DNA from: a virus
Lineage: Duplodnaviria; Caudoviricetes
IMG/VR virus record: IMGVR_UViG_3300044724_008437
Coordinates: 1-62,374 of that record
Direction: 5' to 3' (one strand)
DNA: 62,374 bases
Numbering within the stretch: position 1 is the first letter of the stretch; every line of letters begins with the position of its first letter. The position numbers were made by a program, and so were the translations under genes. A model generated the notes under the pieces. It ran no database searches. It was not told where the DNA came from and worked only from the letters and a program-made list of their open reading frames with translations. Of the stretch, positions 55,466-62,374 are shown one piece after another.

Positions 55466-57052
55466 GGTTATATTACCGTCAGAAGTAACTAGCACGTCTA
55501 TTGATCTAGGTAAAGAAGTATTCTCACCAGTAGTTTGCCTAGCTGTACCTCCACCATTAATCTCTATAAATGCTCCGTCCTCTATAGAGTTTCTAGAAAG
55601 TGTAATAGACTTTGTGAAAGGGGTATCTACTGAGTTGAACCTATACACAGTTGAGAACACAAAGTTAGTGCCCTCAGTAACAAACTCGACCACTAGCTTA
55701 AACCTAACTTCAAGCAGGTGCATGGTGTAATTCCCGCCTGCGACATTCAGTACCCTTTCTAGGTAGTCGCTATAGTCTGAACTTGTAGCCCTAATCTCGT
55801 TGTTAACCATATCGGTAATTGTTCTTAGGGGGAAACTTAGGGTATGCTTTCCCTTATAGTCGGGAGTACGGCTAAGATCTTCTCTAAACAAAAAGACCTC
55901 TAGCTCGTCTGTGTCTTCCTCAGTAAAAGCAGGTAGTACCCCATCTACAGGTGTGCCATATTTATTTATCTGAGTACCATTACCCAGATAACTAGGTACT
56001 AATGAATAGTTACGGTCTGCTACAGAAATAGAATTTTCATGTAGTCTAACCAAGGGGACGTAAGAGTACCCTGGATCTAGTAGACGCGGTTTAACTAAAT
56101 ACCCTGAGTAGACTAGGTGAGACTGTAGGGTAGTAGAGTTTGCGGCCTCAGTTGAGTCTTGGTATATTCTTAAAACTAAGCTGCTAGTTGGAAGTTCATT
56201 AAGTAGCTCTGGGTAAATAGGTGACGTAGCTGCTGTTACTCTAAGTACTATACTGTTCGCTCCCGACCCGGGTAATATATGACTTACAATGCACTCGGCT
56301 CCCTGAGGGGTACCTGATAACTTAAGAGTTAGTGAATTATCGTCACCATCTCGTATAGATAAAGACCCCTCCTGGGTTAGCGTAATTCCCATACCCTCAA
56401 ACTCTGACTCTAGTAAAGTTAAGAAACTATCTACGCTTGTTTCGGCCACACTAAATAACTCTATGTCTGTATACATAGGTAGCTTGACTAGTTCGGGGAC
56501 TAGCCCCGGCGTAAAGTTATCTAGGTATTCATTACCCAGGCTCTGAGCAGAGTTACTTGGGAGTATAAGGTCTGGGTAGTTAAGTAAACTCTCAGAGGAA
56601 CCAGTGTGCCTAAGAGGTATCTTTGCGTAAATCCCGTCACCCGGAACAGCCAAGTTAGTACTTAATACTCGCTGATTAGCAGCCACTCCGTCGGAAAACA
56701 AATTTCCTAAATCTGAGCCGGAAATAATATACCTACCACCGGGAACAGACTTAGCGTAAATGCTAATGCTGCAGCTATTAAGCTCTACCCTATAATACTT
56801 AACTAGGCTTGGGCTAACCGTGCCGTCTTCTCTAAGCTCTGTCTTTAAGGTAACACTAGCCAGGTCGGGGTTGCTAGAAGCGAGTACTGCCTTCGCGCCC
56901 CCCGTATGTAAATGCTCAAACGTAAGCTGATCAGAGTCCCTTTTAATCTCATCTGTCCTGGCTTCCAGATCTACAGATGAGGCATTTAGGTTATCGGCAT
57001 TGATAGCCTGGCCATTAGAGATATAGGTAATTGTTCCATAGGTAATACTCAT
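55424..57052 (-). CDS. Putative baseplate/tail-fibre-associated protein
   Basis: 542 aa, beta-rich, in the baseplate operon. Confidence 0.55.
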   Translation of the reverse strand: MSITYGTITYISNGQAINADNLNASSVDLEARTDEIKRDSDQLTFEHLHTGGAKAVLASSNPDLASVTLKTELREDGTVSPSLVKYYRVELNSCSISIYAKSVPGGRYIISGSDLGNLFSDGVAANQRVLSTNLAVPGDGIYAKIPLRHTGSSESLLNYPDLILPSNSAQSLGNEYLDNFTPGLVPELVKLPMYTDIELFSVAETSVDSFLTLLESEFEGMGITLTQEGSLSIRDGDDNSLTLKLSGTPQGAECIVSHILPGSGANSIVLRVTAATSPIYPELLNELPTSSLVLRIYQDSTEAANSTTLQSHLVYSGYLVKPRLLDPGYSYVPLVRLHENSISVADRNYSLVPSYLGNGTQINKYGTPVDGVLPAFTEEDTDELEVFLFREDLSRTPDYKGKHTLSFPLRTITDMVNNEIRATSSDYSDYLERVLNVAGGNYTMHLLEVRFKLVVEFVTEGTNFVFSTVYRFNSVDTPFTKSITLSRNSIEDGAFIEINGGGTARQTTGENTSLPRSIDVLVTSDGNITSGAFIAEVDIFIE

Positions 57053-57065
57053 AGTAAGATCCCTC

Positions 57066-57686
57066 CTAGCTAGGCTCTTGCATAGTTATAGTCCAGGTAT
57101 AGCGAATAGTACTTCCCTCACTTGCCTGTACGGGGTTATGGGCCTGGTGTGCAAACATAACAAGATTATCTTCGTCAAAACTAGGGTCAGTTGGTTCCAG
57201 AGGTATACCCATGTCTGCTTGTTCGCTGAGTGCGGGGCAGAGTAAGGCAGCTTCAAAGTAGTTATAGCTCTGAGTATCAGCAGTTACATCAAAGCTACAT
57301 ATAAACTGAACTGAGTACTCACCAATATTCGCATTAGTTAACTTCCGGGTTACCGTGGTCTGGGTGGCCATCTGTGTATCTGTCGCTGACACAGATACGC
57401 CTCCTGCCTCAGTACTTGTTAGTACGTAGCCAAGCTTAAGGTAGCTAACAGTTAACCTATTAGAGGCCCCGTGATTACCTCCAAGTGGTATGCTAGGCCT
57501 TGCTGAGTTTGTACTACTAAAAGTGTCTCCCTCAGCAGTTAACCCTGCTCCTACTATATTACCTAAAAGTATCTTAGGAGCCTCTAGCACTAGAGTATTG
57601 GGCGTCTCATGTACATAGGTTACGTTACCTTCTTTGATAACTTCTACTTTAACAAACCCTCTTACTTTGGGTACTAAGCTACTCAT
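57066..57686 (-). CDS. Putative baseplate/tail-fibre attachment protein
   Basis: NTLV...EAAL...MFAH...IRYTWTI pattern typical of myovirus tail-collar/baseplate proteins. Confidence 0.55.
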   Translation of the reverse strand: MSSLVPKVRGFVKVEVIKEGNVTYVHETPNTLVLEAPKILLGNIVGAGLTAEGDTFSSTNSARPSIPLGGNHGASNRLTVSYLKLGYVLTSTEAGGVSVSATDTQMATQTTVTRKLTNANIGEYSVQFICSFDVTADTQSYNYFEAALLCPALSEQADMGIPLEPTDPSFDEDNLVMFAHQAHNPVQASEGSTIRYTWTITMQEPS

Positions 57687-57695
57687 ATGATCTCC

Positions 57696-60059
57696 TTAAA
57701 TACTACTAAACGGCTCTTCTAGACCTACCTGCAGCCACTCAGACAGGGTGTTGGGGCTGAAGTTATATAGATCAGTATACTCTGGGTACGAAGCGCCTAC
57801 TACCATAAGTTTCGAGATAGAGCCTACGTAATTAGTAGCTACTACTATATCCCAGGTAGACTGCTGGCCTAGGATTAGCAGATCGACTTGGGTGTATCCC
57901 GATAAATCTAAAACTAGTTCATCAGATAGCTCTAGTAGTAGTTCGTCTTCAGAATAACCCCTAACCTCTGTAGCTAAGGGTGAGCCGTCCACAGGACTTA
58001 CTAGCTCAATACCCATGAAGTTACTTAGGTTATGGCCCACGCTCATAACTCTGAGTAGCAGTCCTGAGGTTCCAATACCCGTGTAACTTTGGGTAACCAG
58101 GTCTTCTGCTAGACCATCTACCTCTACACTAACCTCAAGCGAGTCCTCAGCTGTAGGCATAAAGTCTACTAGGTCATTTGATATAACTGGAATTATTACC
58201 TTTGACAGGTCTCTCTGCGCGGCTACTATATCACCGGAAAGGTAAGATGCCTTAGTATCTAAGTCGTTTAAGCTAGGTACGAGAAGAGCTATCTTTGTAG
58301 TTAAAAAGTCTCTAGTTAACTTATAGGAAGTAGGGTAAGCCCATCCTTCCGGATTTTCAAGACTAGGCTTATCATAGTAGTCGTCCTGTCTGCTGCTATC
58401 CGGTATATACAGCTCGTAATCCCCTAGCCGGTGGTTAGGCATACCGCCTACAATAAACCGGGTCCTACGTGTTGTAACTTCCCTGCGGGATACTTCTGGT
58501 ACATCCCAAATAGACCTGGGTAATACTATGCCTCGGCTGTACCACTCCGATAGGCCTGAGGTTAAATCTACTACCTGACTTACCGGATTAATAGCTCTGC
58601 CCTGAGGGTCTACTGCTAACTGGTCGGGGCTAGTTACAGAGAACGACCCTCCAGTTATGCTAATAAATTCATTAGACAGATAGTACAGTTTAAGGCTGGG
58701 AAGACTTGATAGTTCCTGCAGGGTAACACTCAGTTGAACAACTAGAGTATTATGGCTACAGGCAAGACGAACTATACCTACAACTGTATCCTCGGGGTCC
58801 TTTACGTAAACAACTATATCGTTACTGAAGGCCCGCTTGGCTATAGCATATGCCGAAGAAGCTAGGCTTACTAAGGCACAGCTAGACATAGAAATCCTAG
58901 AGCCGTCTCTAGCTAATATACTAAGTGTATTAGACGCTACAACCCGGTCTATAGGGTATCCGGGTAGTATAGTGTAGTCAGTTAGGTAAGATACTAGTCT
59001 GTTGTTAATTAGGTCTAATACGGATAATGTATCATTTAAAGAGCTGAAAGCTATAGTGTCTGACCCGCTTAAAATATCTTCAGTTTTAGAGAGCCTAGCT
59101 GCGCTAAGGCCTAGCAGCCTATTCTCTAAACTCTGTTCTAGCAGTAACTTGTAACTATCGCTACTCTGTATCGGCCTACGTGTAGCTATGTTATCAGCTA
59201 TTAAGTGGCCCCACCTACGAAACAACTGAAGCTCGTCCACTTCACAGTCTCTGGCCCATACGTTAATATCGTCTACTTCATAAGCGTATGAAGTAAATAT
59301 GCTAGCAACTATAGGCTCATTGGTAATCCCTGTAACTGTCACTGTAGCGTCGTCTATATATACAGAAAAAGTGTCGGGAGATAACAGTAACAAGGAGTAC
59401 TGTCCCTCAGGCACTACGCCTACAATATCAGCCGTAACTTGTGTTTCAGAATAGCTAACTGTTACGGTTGTAGCTACTAAGTCCTGCTCAGGGGTATTGC
59501 CTATAAGATCTGAGTTAACCTTAATAACTAATGGATAATCTACTAGCCGAGTTGTTGGCTCAGCAGAGTCAAAATAGTAAAGTGGATCTAGGTCATAAAA
59601 AACAATAAACCTTGTATACCTACTAAAAAAAGTAGGGTTACCACTAAGCTTAACTAGATCCGCTACCTCCCTAGACTCCTCGTGAAAAAGCTCGTAGGCA
59701 ACACTACCTTCTAAGTAGTCTGCCTCTGGGCTGGGGTGTGCATATATTCTAGAGCAGCTTAGGGTTAGGTAGTCATACTCTAGTAAACCGTAAACATATA
59801 CTGCCTGTGTAGAATCTGTATCCCCTGACCTGATCTGTAGCCGATCCTGACTTGACAGGGCTATAATGCTCCAGGGTTTTACTCTACTCAGGGGAGTATC
59901 TACTACTGATAATGCCGATACAGGCTCTAGGGTCTGTGCGTAAACGTCGCCTAGGTATTCTCCTATATAAGAATAAATATCCCTAAGTAAAGGCTTATCG
60001 CTAAAAGCGTCTGTCCAGAAACTAGGTAACGCTTTTAGTATGGCGGCCGGATTAAACAT
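57696..60059 (-). CDS. Putative baseplate wedge protein
   Basis: 787 aa; follows the J-like gene; LPSFW N-terminus. Confidence 0.55.
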   Translation of the reverse strand: MFNPAAILKALPSFWTDAFSDKPLLRDIYSYIGEYLGDVYAQTLEPVSALSVVDTPLSRVKPWSIIALSSQDRLQIRSGDTDSTQAVYVYGLLEYDYLTLSCSRIYAHPSPEADYLEGSVAYELFHEESREVADLVKLSGNPTFFSRYTRFIVFYDLDPLYYFDSAEPTTRLVDYPLVIKVNSDLIGNTPEQDLVATTVTVSYSETQVTADIVGVVPEGQYSLLLLSPDTFSVYIDDATVTVTGITNEPIVASIFTSYAYEVDDINVWARDCEVDELQLFRRWGHLIADNIATRRPIQSSDSYKLLLEQSLENRLLGLSAARLSKTEDILSGSDTIAFSSLNDTLSVLDLINNRLVSYLTDYTILPGYPIDRVVASNTLSILARDGSRISMSSCALVSLASSAYAIAKRAFSNDIVVYVKDPEDTVVGIVRLACSHNTLVVQLSVTLQELSSLPSLKLYYLSNEFISITGGSFSVTSPDQLAVDPQGRAINPVSQVVDLTSGLSEWYSRGIVLPRSIWDVPEVSRREVTTRRTRFIVGGMPNHRLGDYELYIPDSSRQDDYYDKPSLENPEGWAYPTSYKLTRDFLTTKIALLVPSLNDLDTKASYLSGDIVAAQRDLSKVIIPVISNDLVDFMPTAEDSLEVSVEVDGLAEDLVTQSYTGIGTSGLLLRVMSVGHNLSNFMGIELVSPVDGSPLATEVRGYSEDELLLELSDELVLDLSGYTQVDLLILGQQSTWDIVVATNYVGSISKLMVVGASYPEYTDLYNFSPNTLSEWLQVGLEEPFSSI

Positions 60060-61726
60060 TAGGCTACCCCTATGTTAATATCTTCTGCAGCTATGTAGTA
60101 GTTAAGTACCCTGTTCGATATCTGCATAAGATTGATACCCCCGTCATACTCAATAGACCCCGGCACTAACTGAAGCGAATCGTCCTCAACACTAAGTGAC
60201 TCCGAGGTATTAAACGGCACAAACCCCCCATCGGGTAGGTATAGAATATAGCTGAGGCCCCCGACAAACGTAAACGAGCTAGCTATACCCCCAAATTGCA
60301 GAGAAAGTGTCGCCATCAGAGTACTCACAGCCAGTGGGTCCTCGGAATCCCATAGATTTACAAGTTCAGTTATAACACGCTTAACTCTAGAGATATTTAA
60401 ACTAGCTACATTTATACCTCGACCTAGGGTTATAGATAACCTGGGAATAATAACCTGTACAAGAGACGCTCCGATAACCTCGGTACTAGTAGCTAGGGAG
60501 CTGTACAGCTCGGACTCCGCTAAACCCTGAACTACGGGTAAATTACTATCGCTGTAACAGTCTACAAAGCTTAAGGGACCCTCGTCATCCGCGTAATTTA
60601 TAGTAAACTTTCCTGACTCACTACTTCCGTTCAGTAAAACGCTATCCTCGTCGGTAAGGCTTAGTGATATCGTGTTGCTATCCAACGCCTGCCCATTCTC
60701 TATGGTACTGTGACTAACTACCGTTGTTCCGGCTGAGGAGTTAAATATCTTAGAATATCTAACGGTGCCAAAGTCGCTCACTATAGTGAGGTCTGTGCCT
60801 GATCTGACGGCTGCCCGGATACCTACCAGGGGCACCTCCCCTGCCTGAGTTCCTGCATTTATAAGAGATACTGGCGCTATCTGTAGTCTAGACGCTATAA
60901 CAATATTAATCATTCCAAGAGAATGAAATCTAGAGCTACTTAAGGTACTAGGTATAACATCGCGCAGCATTTCAGGATCTGAAGCGCCCAGAGGTATAAC
61001 CCTTATCAGATTAGGTATTCCCTCATTTAGTAGCACTGATCTGATACCGTTACGGGTAGTAAAATTCCTAGCTACCTGAGCGTACTCGATACGCCCAACT
61101 AGACTTTTAGTTGAGTACTCAGTGCTAGAAAGACCTATAAACGCAGTTGTATTAAATACAGAATCTAGGTCAATTAGCGGAGACGAACTCTCGAATACCC
61201 CTGCTGTTATAGTTACATCATCAGCTACACGTACAGATTCCATTAAGGTGGAGTATTCATAGAAAGTCTGACCTCCCACGACCACCGGGATGTAGCTAGC
61301 GCTACTCAGACTTATGTCATCAGTAGTGTCAAACAGCTTAACAACTATGAAATTATCTGAGCGACTTAAGGTTATATCCGCTGGTATCACCCGTGAGATG
61401 TCTGTAGTAAACCTAAAAGTCACCATACCACGCTTAGGCGGATTATCTATGGTAGACACTAAAAAGTTACTAGCTAAGTCTTCTAGTAACTGAAAAGAAT
61501 CACCAGCATCGGAGTTCTGCAGGTCTGCTAGGTATAGTCTCTCTCGTACCTGATCTGCATCGGTCTTTATCGCTGCCGCTAAATAGCCAAGTGAGATTAT
61601 TACTAGATCATTAAGTACTGAGCCTCTCTCTGCTGAGACCTCTGGGTACCTAGCCCTGAGGATAGCCCTAAGAGCCGACTCAACCTCTACCACGTCGCTA
61701 ACTTTAATTTTTTGTGTATTAAACAT
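60059..61726 (-). CDS. Baseplate J-like (gp6-like) wedge protein
   Basis: GSVLNDLVI, LEDLASNF, GMVTFRF; follows the gp25-like gene. Confidence 0.7.
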   Translation of the reverse strand: MFNTQKIKVSDVVEVESALRAILRARYPEVSAERGSVLNDLVIISLGYLAAAIKTDADQVRERLYLADLQNSDAGDSFQLLEDLASNFLVSTIDNPPKRGMVTFRFTTDISRVIPADITLSRSDNFIVVKLFDTTDDISLSSASYIPVVVGGQTFYEYSTLMESVRVADDVTITAGVFESSSPLIDLDSVFNTTAFIGLSSTEYSTKSLVGRIEYAQVARNFTTRNGIRSVLLNEGIPNLIRVIPLGASDPEMLRDVIPSTLSSSRFHSLGMINIVIASRLQIAPVSLINAGTQAGEVPLVGIRAAVRSGTDLTIVSDFGTVRYSKIFNSSAGTTVVSHSTIENGQALDSNTISLSLTDEDSVLLNGSSESGKFTINYADDEGPLSFVDCYSDSNLPVVQGLAESELYSSLATSTEVIGASLVQVIIPRLSITLGRGINVASLNISRVKRVITELVNLWDSEDPLAVSTLMATLSLQFGGIASSFTFVGGLSYILYLPDGGFVPFNTSESLSVEDDSLQLVPGSIEYDGGINLMQISNRVLNYYIAAEDINIGVA

Positions 61727-61729
61727 AAG

Positions 61730-62182
61730 CTACACCTGAATGTCTAAGCTAGCAGCTACGCCCCCTGAGGTTGTAACGCCTATCGTTATCTTTAACTGAG
61801 TTGTAGATAATAATACGAGGTCAAGTAGCTCAATGCTAGCTAGCCGGGCAGTTACGGGTAAGCTACCTAGTGAGTCTAGTTTCTTGCACTGCGTCTCTAC
61901 ATCTAGCAAGATCATGATCACGTCTTCGTTTATAGTTTCTGGGTTGTACCCATACTCAGCCAAGTAGAGTAAATTACTACCGTAGGTAGAGTTAGCAGGC
62001 ACACTTCCCTTTTTTGTGAGAATTGTTTTTAGTACCCGCTGCGCACAGTTGGCACTAGAGGAGTCTGCAACAGCCACTAGATTACTCTGAGAATCAGTGC
62101 CCAGAGATGACTGAGTAGCCGCATAAGAAATGTCCGGCTCCTGTATCTCCAGCGGCACTGGGAACAATGCTATATCTGACAT
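61730..62182 (-). CDS. gp25/GPW-like baseplate wedge subunit
   Basis: QRVLKTILTKKGS.P....YGSNL motif. Confidence 0.75.
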   Translation of the reverse strand: MSDIALFPVPLEIQEPDISYAATQSSLGTDSQSNLVAVADSSSANCAQRVLKTILTKKGSVPANSTYGSNLLYLAEYGYNPETINEDVIMILLDVETQCKKLDSLGSLPVTARLASIELLDLVLLSTTQLKITIGVTTSGGVAASLDIQV

Positions 62183-62184
62183 CC

Positions 62185-62374
62185 TTAGTCCTCTACTTTA
62201 GACGCCGCAAAACTAGTAGACTCTTTGCTTTCAGCTAGTCTAGTATAAGCGGGCGCGTAATCTTTACCTGAAGGTCCCCTAAATCTATCTATATACTTAT
62301 CTAGAGACCTAATAACCTTTACACATTGGTAGTAGTTTTTAAGCAGGGTGTAGCCCGACTCTTCAGGCTTATCA
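62185..62374 (-). CDS. Partial CDS (5'-truncated), ...TSFAASKVED*
   Basis: Open frame from the window edge to the TAA at 62185; translated manually. Confidence 0.6.
   Translation of the reverse strand, partial: DKPEESGYTLLKNYYQCVKVIRSLDKYIDRFRGPSGKDYAPAYTRLAESKESTSFAASKVED

Noticed and set aside
1-62374. TAG stop-codon reassignment suggested by abundant CTAG
   Set aside because: Long conserved genes are intact in code 11, and several genes end in TAG at operon junctions

Overview
A 62-kb segment of a large tailed (myovirus-like) phage genome. The minus strand carries virion and late genes: a collagen-like fibre, major capsid, Zn-finger prohead protease, many KxA-motif head proteins, portal, terminase, baseplate, a two-gene multisubunit RNA polymerase (beta fused to the N-half of beta', separate beta' C-half) and a sigma70-type factor. 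The plus strand carries replication and accessory blocks: SNF2 helicase, two PD-(D/E)XK nucleases, ParB, primase-helicase, UDG-like/family A DNA polymerase, MoxR AAA/VWA pair and RuvC. The two strands are tightly interleaved. The most striking feature is a ~620-nt non-coding region (40696-41317) that resolves into six tandem ~95-110-nt units. Each unit has retron msr/msd-like architecture: a covarying closing stem, an unpaired G-C facing a G, and two hairpins at constant spacing. A retron-like reverse transcriptase with a YSDN active-site motif and no adjacent ncRNA lies ~6.6 kb downstream on the same strand. Together they suggest a phage-encoded multiplexed retron-like array/RT system; the pairing and activity are inferred, not shown. 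All calls come from motif recognition by eye, and no database searches were run.
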